This document shows positions 39,644-49,319 of a stretch of DNA of 64,000 nt, in pieces. This stretch comes from Niabella sp. (GTDB taxonomy: Bacteria > Bacteroidota > Bacteroidia > Chitinophagales > Chitinophagaceae), in the NCBI RefSeq assembly GCF_030150205.1, contig NZ_JASLGT010000014.1, positions 22,166 to 86,165 on the forward strand. The letters are read 5' to 3'. The notes below the pieces were generated by a model. The model did no database searches. It had not been told where the DNA came from and worked only from the letters and a program-made list of their open reading frames with translations. The position numbers were made by a program, and so were the translations under genes. Each line of letters opens with the position of its first letter. Position 1 is the stretch's first letter.

Positions 39644-40522
39644 ATGCAACGCAGAAAGGCGATCCAGACCATTGCAATGACAGCCGCCCTGGCCGGTAGT
39701 GTTTCCGGCTGGAGTTCCGTTTTAAAGAATAATAAAAAAAGAATGAGTTTAAAAGGAAATATTAATCATAGTGTATGCCGGTGGACCTACGGAAATCTTT
39801 CGCTGGAGCAGCTTTGCGCAAACGTGAAAGACCTGGGATTTGCTGCTATTGACCTGGTTGGCCCCAAGGACTGGGATACACTAAAAAAATATGGTATTTA
39901 TTCCAGTATGTGCAACGGCGCTGAGATCAACCTCGTAGACGGCTGGAATGAACCCAACTTTCACAGTACCCTGATTAAAAATTATACGGATCATATCGAG
40001 TATGTGGCAAAAGCAGGCTATAAGAACCTGATCTGCTTCAGCGGCAACCGCAGGGGTATGGATGATGAAAGCGGTCTGAAAAATTGCGTGCAGGGATTAA
40101 AAAAGATCCTGCAGCATGCCGAAAAAAATAATGTAACCCTGGTGATGGAATTGCTGAACAGCAAGGTAGATCATCATGACTATATGTGTGATCACAGCGC
40201 CTGGGGCGTGGAGCTGTGCAAGCGTTTGGGATCGGAAAATTTTAAACTGCTTTATGATATTTATCATATGCAGATTGATGAAGGAAACGTAATTGCCAAT
40301 ATTCGCGCCCATCACTCCTACTTTGCCCACTATCATACCGCAGGCGTGCCGGGCAGGCATGAACTGAATGAGCTCCAGGAACTGAACTATCCTGCCATCA
40401 TGAAGGCCATTGTCGCTACGGGCTTTAAAGGGTATGTGGCCCAGGAATTCATTCCAACCGGTAAAACGGATGATGAACGCAAACAGGCCTTAAAGGATGC
40501 CGTGCTGCTTTGTGATGTTTAA
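39644..40522 (+). CDS. hydroxypyruvate isomerase family protein (Tat signal)
   Basis: MQRRKAI, MELLNSKVDH, LYDIYHMQI, HTAGVPGRHE. Confidence 0.88.
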   Translation: MQRRKAIQTIAMTAALAGSVSGWSSVLKNNKKRMSLKGNINHSVCRWTYGNLSLEQLCANVKDLGFAAIDLVGPKDWDTLKKYGIYSSMCNGAEINLVDGWNEPNFHSTLIKNYTDHIEYVAKAGYKNLICFSGNRRGMDDESGLKNCVQGLKKILQHAEKNNVTLVMELLNSKVDHHDYMCDHSAWGVELCKRLGSENFKLLYDIYHMQIDEGNVIANIRAHHSYFAHYHTAGVPGRHELNELQELNYPAIMKAIVATGFKGYVAQEFIPTGKTDDERKQALKDAVLLCDV

Positions 40523-40542
40523 CCCGCTAAACGTATAAATAT

Positions 40543-41424
40543 ATGTATAATAGAAAAGAATTCTTAATACGGTCCGGCGGTGCAGCCCTCAGCTTAATGC
40601 TGGGATCTGCACTGAACGCCTGTAATACCGCTTCCCGTATAAAAGCCACCGGCAGTATCAAAGCTGTGGGAATACAGCTTTACAGCCTGAGAGACGACCT
40701 TCCCAAAGATCCTAAAGGGATCCTGAAACAGCTGGCAGCCTTTGGCTATAAGGAAATTGAAAGCTACGAAGGTGCGCAGGGCATGTTTTGGGGAATGGGA
40801 CATAAGGGATTTAAATCCTACGTAGATGACCTGGGCATGAAGATCGTAAGCAGTCACTGTGATTTCAGAACCGACTTTGAACGCAAGGCCGCAGAGGCTG
40901 CCGAAATCGGAATGAGCTACCTGATCTGTCCGTATGTAGGTCCGCAGAAAACACTGGATGACTATAAAAAACTGGCAGCGGAATTTAATAAGGCCGGCGA
41001 AATCTGCAAAAAGAACGGGATCCGGTTTGCCTATCATAACCATGATTACAGTTTCCGGTTACAGGAAGGGCAATATCCCCAGGATATTTTTATGCAAAAC
41101 ACCGACAAAGGCCTGATGGATTATGAAATGGATATCTATTGGGTTGTTACAGCAGGACAGGATCCTATTGCCTGGCTGAAAAAATACAACGGGCGTTTTA
41201 AACTTTGTCATGTAAAAGACCGCAAGAAGGGTGTGGTTCCCAAAAAAGGAGAACCCAATTTAAGCGTGATCGTAGGTACCGGTTCGATCGATTTTAAAAC
41301 CATCCTGGCAGCAGCCCGCAAGGAGGGTATGCAACACTATATCCTGGAACAGGAAGCTTACGAAAAAGCGCCCATCGAGTGTGTAAAGGAAGGAGCCGCT
41401 TATTTGAATAAACTTGTTTTTTAA
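40543..41424 (+). CDS. sugar phosphate isomerase/epimerase (Tat-like lipoprotein)
   Basis: NRKEFL, GIQLYSLR, YHNHD, EMDIYW, HVKD, LEQE. Confidence 0.88.
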   Translation: MYNRKEFLIRSGGAALSLMLGSALNACNTASRIKATGSIKAVGIQLYSLRDDLPKDPKGILKQLAAFGYKEIESYEGAQGMFWGMGHKGFKSYVDDLGMKIVSSHCDFRTDFERKAAEAAEIGMSYLICPYVGPQKTLDDYKKLAAEFNKAGEICKKNGIRFAYHNHDYSFRLQEGQYPQDIFMQNTDKGLMDYEMDIYWVVTAGQDPIAWLKKYNGRFKLCHVKDRKKGVVPKKGEPNLSVIVGTGSIDFKTILAAARKEGMQHYILEQEAYEKAPIECVKEGAAYLNKLVF

Positions 41425-41451
41425 TACAGCGTAAACCAAATCATCTATATC

Positions 41452-41480
41452 AAAAAAACCGGCCTTTCAGCCGGTTTTTT
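41452..41480. terminator. bidirectional Rho-independent terminator
   Basis: AAAAAAACCGGC-CTTTCA-GCCGGTTTTTT between convergent genes. Confidence 0.8.
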
Positions 41481-41514
41481 ATATTTTAATAAAGAATGAT
41501 CGTATTACGAATGA

Positions 41515-43656
41515 TCAGGGATGCTGCGCCGGGGCATTGTTCTTGGCCAGCCGGTCGATATTTACCATATCATCCACCACATCTGCAGCCTGGTTCAGAT
41601 AGATGTCTTCACTTAATCCCTTTAACCATTGGTTGGCCCTTTCCTGCTTGGTTTTGTCACCCGCAAATTTGTTAGCCTCTGACGGAATAAGGGTTACATC
41701 CATCTTATTTTTTAATTTCTGCGCAGCATTCATCTGCTCCGATTTTTCCTTGATCGCCTTCCGCTCTTTGCGATAGCCATCGATATTCAGTGAGCTTTCA
41801 TCATTCTCCCGTACCAGCCACTGGCTGTTGTCTTTAATAACCTTAAAGGAAGAATCCGATTTCAGGCGCTGATCGCTCAGTGTCTTTATCTCAGGCATGT
41901 TCCAGGCGCTCCTCCAGGGCAAATAACTGGCCTTTGCTATTTCATCATAAGGCAGGGCATCTTTATTATCTTTTTCTTTCAGCTTCAGTACATCCATATA
42001 GCTGGGCAGCACAATATCGGACTCTACACCTTTCAATTGAGTAGAACCACCGCTTACCCGATAAAATTTCTGAAGGGTCAGCTTTACGGTTCCCAGGTCA
42101 GACTCTCCGTATGTAATACCATTTTTGGCATCCAGGCCAAAATTCCTTTGTACGGTTCCCTTACCAAAAGTAGACGTTCCGCCTATGATCACCCCTCTTC
42201 CATAATCCTGGATAGCCGCCGCAAATATTTCGGAAGCCGAAGCACTGAACTCGTTTACCATAACTGCCAGCGGACCATCGTACAACACCGATTCATCTTT
42301 TACATCCAGCACTTCAGCCCGGTTGCCCCGGCCTTTTACCTGCACTACGGGCCCTTTCCCTACAAAAAGACCTACCATATTTACTACATCAAATAAAGAG
42401 CCGCCCCCGTTATAACGCAGATCGATAATGATGCCGTCTACTTTGGCATCTTTCAGCTTTTGTACCTCTTTTGCCACATCCAGGTAGCTGCGGCGACCGT
42501 TGGGATCGTCGAAAGCTGCATAAAATTCCGGCAGATAAATAATTCCGACATGGGTATGTTTTACCGGATCATTGATCACCGCACTTCTGGCATAGGTATC
42601 AAAGTCGTTTTCAATTTTTTCTCTTTTTAAGCGCACCACCTTTACCACACCATCTGTTTTACGCACGGTAAGTTTTACAATCGTACCTTCTTTACCACGG
42701 ATCAGCTTCACTGCATCCTGCACGTTATAGCCCATCAGATCCTCTGCCGGACCATCACCCTGCGCCACCTTGGTAATAATATCACCGGTTTGCAGCTGCC
42801 CCGATTTTTCCGCAGGGCTTCCTGCATTCAGAGAGGTTATTTTTATTTTTCCATCGGATTGCATCAGCGCAGCCCCGATACCAAAGAATACGCCGCTCAT
42901 CTCTTCATCAAAATACCGTTTGTCAACCGGGGCCATAAAGCTGGTATGCGGGTCCATTGTATTGGCAATGGCATTCATAAACATATCAAACTTGTCGTCA
43001 TCGCGGTACTTCGCCTTATAGCGCTCAAACAACCTCCCGATGACGGTATCGGTCCGGCTACGCGCCTGTTTTTCCAGGTCTGTGTCACTTTTCACTACAT
43101 AACCCTTCTCATTTTTATTCGCAGTCCGCTCATCCTGCAGGTCTACATATCGTTCCAGTGCCAGGTATTTCAATTTCTTCCTCCAGCGATCCTCGCGCTC
43201 TGTGCTGCTGCCCGGGTATTGCAGTTTATCCGTGTTCAGGGTAATGGACTCATTTACGGTATAGTCAAACGGCTTTGCAAGAATGGTTTTACTCCATCCT
43301 GCCGTTTCCTGGATCCTTCTGTCAAAAACGGAAGAGATTGCAAGAAAGCTCCGAACCGGTGCCCCTTTTATTTCATCATCGATCCGTGTGGCATACAATG
43401 CAGCCAGCGAATCATAATCGGATTTCAGGAAAACATTCTTTTCAAAGTCAAGGTCGTCCATAAACTTGTCGAACACTTTTTTTGAAAAGTTATCATCGAT
43501 ATTCTGCGGACTAAAATGTCCCTGCTCCAGGAGCTGTCCTACCAGGCCCATAATTTGCTCATATTTACCCGGAGGTGTACGGGCTACCGATGACTTAAAC
43601 GCAAAAAAGGATCCTGTCAGCAATATAATTAACAGTACAAAAGGTAATCTTTTCAT
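41515..43656 (-). CDS. prc: carboxy-terminal processing protease (S41A, Prc/Tsp)
   Basis: DPHT, GIGA PDZ, IDLRYNGGGSL, SASASEIFA, TFGKGTVQ. Confidence 0.92.
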   Translation of the reverse strand: MKRLPFVLLIILLTGSFFAFKSSVARTPPGKYEQIMGLVGQLLEQGHFSPQNIDDNFSKKVFDKFMDDLDFEKNVFLKSDYDSLAALYATRIDDEIKGAPVRSFLAISSVFDRRIQETAGWSKTILAKPFDYTVNESITLNTDKLQYPGSSTEREDRWRKKLKYLALERYVDLQDERTANKNEKGYVVKSDTDLEKQARSRTDTVIGRLFERYKAKYRDDDKFDMFMNAIANTMDPHTSFMAPVDKRYFDEEMSGVFFGIGAALMQSDGKIKITSLNAGSPAEKSGQLQTGDIITKVAQGDGPAEDLMGYNVQDAVKLIRGKEGTIVKLTVRKTDGVVKVVRLKREKIENDFDTYARSAVINDPVKHTHVGIIYLPEFYAAFDDPNGRRSYLDVAKEVQKLKDAKVDGIIIDLRYNGGGSLFDVVNMVGLFVGKGPVVQVKGRGNRAEVLDVKDESVLYDGPLAVMVNEFSASASEIFAAAIQDYGRGVIIGGTSTFGKGTVQRNFGLDAKNGITYGESDLGTVKLTLQKFYRVSGGSTQLKGVESDIVLPSYMDVLKLKEKDNKDALPYDEIAKASYLPWRSAWNMPEIKTLSDQRLKSDSSFKVIKDNSQWLVRENDESSLNIDGYRKERKAIKEKSEQMNAAQKLKNKMDVTLIPSEANKFAGDKTKQERANQWLKGLSEDIYLNQAADVVDDMVNIDRLAKNNAPAQHP

Positions 43657-43838
43657 ATTCAATATATACTTTAACAAACCACGCATTTCCCAAAAATAAT
43701 ATTTTAAAACGACGACTTACGTATTTCGTTGTTTTTTTTAAGACAATAAATTGGTAAATTTTCCCTGTTAAAATTACTTCATTAAAAATATTTGCTGTCA
43801 AATAATTATTTTCTTCCTGTTTATATTCATTTTTTATT

Positions 43839-43846
43839 TACATTTG
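43839..43846 (+). promoter_or_regulatory. -7 box of the tRNA-His promoter
   Basis: TACATTTG matches TAnnTTTG, 14 nt before the tRNA. Confidence 0.7.
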
Positions 43847-43859
43847 CAGCCCGTTGAAT

Positions 43860-43934
43860 GGTGGCTATAGCTCAGTTGGTTAGAGCATCAGATTGTGGTT
43901 CTGAGGGTCGCCGGTTCGAACCCGGTTAGCCACC
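43860..43934 (+). tRNA. tRNA-His (GTG), encoded G-1, CCA not fully encoded
   Basis: GTGGCTA/TAGCCAC acceptor stem, TCAGA-TTGTGGT-TCTGA anticodon arm, TTCGAAC T-loop. Confidence 0.97.
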
Positions 43935-43940
43935 CCGATC

Positions 43941-43970
43941 AAACCCCGAATCATTATTCGGGGTTTTTTT
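43941..43970 (+). terminator. terminator after tRNA-His
   Basis: AAACCCCGAAT-CATT-ATTCGGGGTTTTTTT. Confidence 0.8.
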
Positions 43971-43999
43971 GTAAGCGCCTCACGACAAAATTCATTTTT

Positions 44000-44557
44000 A
44001 TGTCTTCTTGGTTATTACTCCTGCTTCCTGTTTCTGCCCTCACCGGTTGGTTACTTCATGTTATAGCAGGCAATTATTTTCTGAACCAGTACCTGCCTCA
44101 GCAGGATGCGCAGCTGGCTGAAAAAGCAGGCCGGCTGGCTGGCGAAATGGTCAGCGGATCTTTTAATATTGAAGAAAAGATCAGTGATCCGCAACTGATC
44201 GAAAAAGCCATGCCCGCTATAGAGCAACATATTGATGATTTTTTGAACGTAAAGCTAAAAGAAGAGATCCCGATGCTGGCCATGTTTATCGGCAATAAAA
44301 CTACCGATAAGGTAAAAGAAGTATTTATCAATCAGCTAAAACTGCTTTTTCCCCAGGTAATGCTTCAGATCGCCGGGAACCTGAAAACAGCGCTGAACCC
44401 CGAACAGATCGTAACCCGGCAGCTGAAGAAGAACCCGGTATCTGCTCTCGTTAAAAAACAAGCTGGCCTGCAACTCCGGCAATACCGGAATGCGGGACTG
44501 CTCTTCGGACTGGTCATTGGCCTCGTAAACCTGTTATTCTTTTTCCTGATCCGCTGA
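44000..44557 (+). CDS. DUF445-like membrane-anchored hypothetical protein
   Basis: N- and C-terminal TM helices, HIDDFLNVKLKEEIPMLAMFIG. Confidence 0.7.
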   Translation: MSSWLLLLLPVSALTGWLLHVIAGNYFLNQYLPQQDAQLAEKAGRLAGEMVSGSFNIEEKISDPQLIEKAMPAIEQHIDDFLNVKLKEEIPMLAMFIGNKTTDKVKEVFINQLKLLFPQVMLQIAGNLKTALNPEQIVTRQLKKNPVSALVKKQAGLQLRQYRNAGLLFGLVIGLVNLLFFFLIR

Positions 44558-44654
44558 TATCTCTATTTAATATGTGATACCGGATCATTGTTTTTTTTAC
44601 CCCGTAACAAGTATTCTATTAATTAACCGTCTAACGCACTAAATATAATTTTTG

Positions 44655-47288
44655 ATGAAAAAACAATTCTTCCTGGGGCTGATGCTCTTATTAGCCATCG
44701 GAATCTATGCACAGAATGGTCAGATGCCTGCAGGATCGCTTTATGGAAAAGTGATTGATTCTGCCACCGGCAAAGGTATTGACGCTGCATCCATTCAGCT
44801 GCTATTGGTAAAGAAAGACTCCGCTTCCGGGCAAAATAAAACCACGGTAGTTACCGGCATGCTCACCAGGGCCAACGGAGAATTCCGCCTGGAAGGTGTG
44901 CCTGTAATGGGCCGGTACCTGCTTGAAATCACCGGCATCGGGTATACCGCTTATAGAAAACCATTCAGTTTTATTGATCCTGCCAAGCTGAAACAAGGCA
45001 GCAAAGATATGGCCTCCCTGTTGGGCAACCTGGATAAGGATCTTGGAAATATCCGGCTGGGCATCGACAATCAAACCCTTTCTTCGGTTACCGTAACGGG
45101 CTCCAAGCCTTCTGTAAGCCTGGGCATCGACCGTAAGGTTTATAATGTAGAAAACAACCTGATGGCTGCAGGTGGTACGGCCACGGATCTCCTGAAGAAC
45201 ATCCCCTCCGTGAACGTGGATATCGATGGCAATATCAGCATCCGCAACAGCAGCCCCCAGATCTTTGTGGACGGGCGCCCCACTACCCTTACGCTGGATC
45301 AGATCCCTTCCGACCAGATCGAAACCATTGAAGTGATCACGAATCCTTCGGCTAAATACGACGCCTCCGGCGGAACCGCGGGCATCCTCAATATTGTGCT
45401 GAAGAAAACAAAACGGGTGGGTTACAGCGGTAATGTAAGAGCCGGCATCGATCAGCGGGGTAAGGCCAATTTCGGTGGCAATATCAACGTCCGCCAGGGC
45501 AAATTCAATGTATTTGCCAATGCCAACTATGGCCAGCGCAAATCCATTTCTGACGGAACCACTGAAAGAAAAACCTTTTTAAATGATACAAGCCTGAACC
45601 TGCTGCAAACCGATCATAATGTTGGAGACGGTACCTTTATGTTTGGCAGGGCCGGTTTTGATTATTTCCTGGATAACCGCAATACCATTACCGTTTCCGG
45701 GATGGGCGTACGGGGAAAATTCAATAATTATACAGGCAGCGACCTGTTTGTAGACACCATCTCCACGAATGCTAATTATGAAGCACATTCCAAAACCATT
45801 CGTGAATCCAACGGTAATTTCAGTTTCCGCAACCTCGGAGGAAGCCTTGGATACGTTCATAATTTTCCAAAAACCGGGCACCAGCTTACGGCAGATTTTA
45901 ATTACAATAAAAGCAAGAACGATAATAATACGGCCATCAGCAACCGCATTTTCGACAATATCTCCGGACCTCAAACCCGGAGTTTCAGCCAGCAGCAATT
46001 GGGCAATGGCAATAATGAACGGATAACGGGCCAGGCCGATTATACCAATCCGCTGTCGGATAAATCAAAACTGGAAGCAGGTGTGCGTATCAACCAATCA
46101 AAAGTAGCCAGTATAAACAATATGTATTATATACTGGCAGATGGTTCTTCCGTATTACAGCCCCTGCTCTCTTCCCAGTTCAATTATAAAGACCAGGTAT
46201 TAGCCGCCTACGGAAACTTCTCCAGCAAGATTGGTGACCGGTTTGGATATCAGCTGGGCTTAAGGGTTGAAAGCTCCAATTACGATGGTACGGTGGTGTC
46301 TAACACGAACAATAGTCAACATTTCAATATCAAATATCCCATCAGCCTGTTCCCAAGTGTTTTCTTAACCCAGAAGCTCAATGATCAGCAAGACCTTCAG
46401 CTGAACTACAGCCGCCGCATTAACCGGCCGGGCTTCTTCCAGTTGTTTCCATTTGTGGACTATTCAGACTCGCTCAATCTTAATAAAGGAAATCCCAACC
46501 TTAAACCAGAGTTTACCAATTCCTTTGAGCTGTCATACTCCAATAATTTTAACCGGAGCAACAGCCTGATCCTTTCCGTATATTATAAACAAACATCGGG
46601 TCTCATTACCCGGTACCAGTCGCCCGATGTCAATCCGATCAACGGCCGGCCGGTACTGATCAATACCTTTATCAATGCCAATTCCAGCTTTGTGGGCGGT
46701 TTTGAAGCGGTTGGTAAAAATAAGCTTACCCCCTGGTGGGATCTGACCAGTAATGTTAACATCTATACCTCAAAGATCACCATCGACGATCCGACGATTC
46801 CTACTGCAGACCAGATCTACAGCTGGTTTGGCAAGATCAATAATGACTTTAAGTTGCCGGCAAACTTTACGCTGCAGTTATCCGGTGATTATAATTCCAA
46901 AACCGTACTGGCTCCGGGCGGCAGCAGCAGCAATAATTCCGGAGGCGGCGGCCGTGGATTTATGGGCGGTACGGTAAGCGGCAACGCACAGGGATATACC
47001 ATGCCCAATTACGGTGTTGATGCCGCGTTAAAGTATGAGTTCCTGAAAGGAAAAGCGGCTTCGGTTACCCTTAGTGTAAATGATATCTTTAAAACACGGA
47101 AAAATGATATCTATACCAGCTCGAAATTCTTTAGTCAGCACCAGGTACGCACCCGCGATCAGCAGTTTTTCCGGTTAAACTTTGCCTACCGCTTCGGAAA
47201 ATTCGATGCGTCCCTGTTCAAACGCAAGAACATGAAAGGCGAGCAGGAAAGCATGCAGAGCGGTATGCAGGGAATGGGCGGACAGTAA
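44655..47288 (+). CDS. TonB-dependent-receptor-like outer membrane beta-barrel protein
   Basis: N-terminal carboxypeptidase-regulatory-like domain, IEVITNPSAKYDA.G..GILNI plug, NYSRRINRP, GNPNLKPE, FAYRFG. Confidence 0.9.
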   Translation: MKKQFFLGLMLLLAIGIYAQNGQMPAGSLYGKVIDSATGKGIDAASIQLLLVKKDSASGQNKTTVVTGMLTRANGEFRLEGVPVMGRYLLEITGIGYTAYRKPFSFIDPAKLKQGSKDMASLLGNLDKDLGNIRLGIDNQTLSSVTVTGSKPSVSLGIDRKVYNVENNLMAAGGTATDLLKNIPSVNVDIDGNISIRNSSPQIFVDGRPTTLTLDQIPSDQIETIEVITNPSAKYDASGGTAGILNIVLKKTKRVGYSGNVRAGIDQRGKANFGGNINVRQGKFNVFANANYGQRKSISDGTTERKTFLNDTSLNLLQTDHNVGDGTFMFGRAGFDYFLDNRNTITVSGMGVRGKFNNYTGSDLFVDTISTNANYEAHSKTIRESNGNFSFRNLGGSLGYVHNFPKTGHQLTADFNYNKSKNDNNTAISNRIFDNISGPQTRSFSQQQLGNGNNERITGQADYTNPLSDKSKLEAGVRINQSKVASINNMYYILADGSSVLQPLLSSQFNYKDQVLAAYGNFSSKIGDRFGYQLGLRVESSNYDGTVVSNTNNSQHFNIKYPISLFPSVFLTQKLNDQQDLQLNYSRRINRPGFFQLFPFVDYSDSLNLNKGNPNLKPEFTNSFELSYSNNFNRSNSLILSVYYKQTSGLITRYQSPDVNPINGRPVLINTFINANSSFVGGFEAVGKNKLTPWWDLTSNVNIYTSKITIDDPTIPTADQIYSWFGKINNDFKLPANFTLQLSGDYNSKTVLAPGGSSSNNSGGGGRGFMGGTVSGNAQGYTMPNYGVDAALKYEFLKGKAASVTLSVNDIFKTRKNDIYTSSKFFSQHQVRTRDQQFFRLNFAYRFGKFDASLFKRKNMKGEQESMQSGMQGMGGQ

Positions 47289-47289
47289 A

Positions 47290-48189
47290 TAGCTATCAGC
47301 AATCAGTTATCAGTTATTAGTTATCAGTTATCAGATGATTCCGGACGGGTAAGGGGCGCAATGCTTCAATGCAGATCATCTGTAGACCTATTATTTCCGA
47401 ACTGGAGACAAACACTGCTGAACGCTAAATGCTGAGGGTTGAATGCTCGTCTCTGGTTATCAGTTATCAGCAATCAGTTATCAGATGCTGCGTTCAGGAT
47501 AAGGAGATTGTCATTCAATGCAGATCCCTATAGATCTGGTATACCGGACAGGAGACGCTGAGAGCTAAAGGCTGAAGGCTTATTTCTCGATAGCAATCAG
47601 TTATCAGATGCTGCGTTCAGGATAAGGAGATTGTCATTCAATGCAGATCCCTATAGATCTGGTATACCGGACGGGAGACGCTGAGAGCTAGCTAAAGGCT
47701 GAAGGCTTATTTCTCGATAGCTATCAGCAATCAGTTATCAGATGCTTGCGTTCAGGATAAAAAGATCATCGAATTTCGTTTTATGTTGAACTACATCCCC
47801 ATCGGCATCACTGAAAACTGATAACTGAAGACTGAAAGCCGGGGGGCTAAACCCATGTTTCAAGTCTAAGGAGCAATGTCGTTTGATGCCAGTGCTGCAT
47901 CCCCAGCAGTATCGACTGATGACTGATAGCTGATAACTGAAAACTGTTTAGCGTATAAGGTTCCAAGTCGGGCTTTCACCAGACAGGAAGACCTGGGGGG
48001 ACGGATATTTCGTTTAATGCAGGAGCTGCATTCCCGGCCGTATCTACTGAAAACTGATCACTGAAAGCTATCTGAGGCTCCGGTTCTTATTCTTTGCAAT
48101 TTGGTCTTTACTTTTTGGGTTCCCCATTGACTACTGCCTATTTACTATTACCTCATTATCACATTTCCACATTCTCAAATTTTCAAATT
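47290..48189. repeat. ~900-bp array of heptamer-armed units
   Basis: TCAGTTA/TCAGCAA arms and inverse CTGAAAA/CTGATAA arms; near-identical units at 47469 and 47592 (123-bp period), partial third at 47726. Confidence 0.9.
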
Positions 48190-48249
48190 CATAGCGCTCC
48201 GTTAACTATTTCCCTTTTTCATTCCCTGCAGGGGTATTATATTTGTTTC

Positions 48250-49311
48250 TTGAAGCAAATCATTCACATCGTGGGGAACCGGCCCCAGTTTATCAAGCTG
48301 GCTGTTTTATACCAGGCAATCGCAGCGCGGAAAATAGCCCGGCAGCAGATCCTGCATACCGGACAACATTATAGTCATGAAATGAGCGGTGTGTTTTTTG
48401 ATGACCTGGCATTGCCGGCTCCGGATATCCGGCTGCAGGTGGAGAATACGGACCCGGATCTTTTTATAGCGCATACTACCCGGCAGATCCAACAATATCT
48501 TGCCAAGGAAAAGCCGGATACCGTTATTATATATGGCGATACCAATACCACCTATGCGGCCGCAAAGGCTGCAGCGCGCACCGGGCAAACCCTGCATCAC
48601 TTTGAAGCCGGTGTACGCACCGGGGATCTGAAGGCTCCGGAAGAGATCAACCGGCTGGTGGCCGACCGCCTGTCATCCGTGCATTATTGCTGCACCACGC
48701 ACAACCTGCAAACACTAAAGGCAGAGGGCTTTGGTACATCAATAAGGGCAACCCCTGTATTTACCGGCGACCTGATGCTGGATGCCTATCTGAAAATACC
48801 AGAAGATACCTCTTTCCGCCTGGAAGCGGCTCCCTATGTGGCTTGCACCATTCACCGTGCAGAGAACATTCTTATAAAGCAACATCTTGAAGCAATCATT
48901 GAGGCGCTGAATACCCTCCATCGCCATATACCCGTAGTTGTACCCCTGCATCCGCATACCCAAAAGAAAATAGCGGAAACCGGGGCCACCGTGTCCTTCC
49001 GGGTAGTTCCGCCCCTGGGTTATCCGCAAATGAAGGCCTTTATCAAACAGGCCAGCCTTGTTATTACCGATAGCGGCGGCGTAAGCCGCGAAGCCTACTT
49101 TGCAGAAAAGCCATCACTGGTGATTATGGAACGTCCTGTATGGCCGGAGATTATACGGTCCGGAGCGGGCCTGGCCTGCGGCCCCAATAAAGACGCGATC
49201 CTACATGCCTTTACCCGGCTTGACCAGCTGAAGCCAGGTTTTGAAGCCGCGCTCTTCGGCTATGGCAATGCCGCACAGAACATTTGCGATCATTTATCAG
49301 ATTCTCTGTAA
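48250..49311 (+). CDS. wecB: UDP-N-acetylglucosamine 2-epimerase (non-hydrolysing), TTG start
   Basis: IVGNRPQFIK, HTGQHY, YGDTNTT, HFEAGVR, PEEINR, ITDSGG. Confidence 0.9.
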   Translation: MKQIIHIVGNRPQFIKLAVLYQAIAARKIARQQILHTGQHYSHEMSGVFFDDLALPAPDIRLQVENTDPDLFIAHTTRQIQQYLAKEKPDTVIIYGDTNTTYAAAKAAARTGQTLHHFEAGVRTGDLKAPEEINRLVADRLSSVHYCCTTHNLQTLKAEGFGTSIRATPVFTGDLMLDAYLKIPEDTSFRLEAAPYVACTIHRAENILIKQHLEAIIEALNTLHRHIPVVVPLHPHTQKKIAETGATVSFRVVPPLGYPQMKAFIKQASLVITDSGGVSREAYFAEKPSLVIMERPVWPEIIRSGAGLACGPNKDAILHAFTRLDQLKPGFEAALFGYGNAAQNICDHLSDSL

Positions 49312-49319
49312 ATTCCGTT

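Noticed and set aside
43895..43999. N-terminal extension of ORF 43895..44557
   Set aside because: Overlaps the tRNA and its terminator; ATG 44000 is more plausible.
43860..44600. Integrative element at tRNA-His
   Set aside because: No integrase and no duplicated tRNA 3' end seen; flanking genes look like core genes.
47290..48075. CRISPR array
   Set aside because: No constant 23-47-bp repeat, cores are homologous or duplicated and too long, and there are no cas genes.
48094..48249. N-terminal extension of wecB
   Set aside because: Mostly translated repeat DNA; the conserved region starts at TTG 48250.
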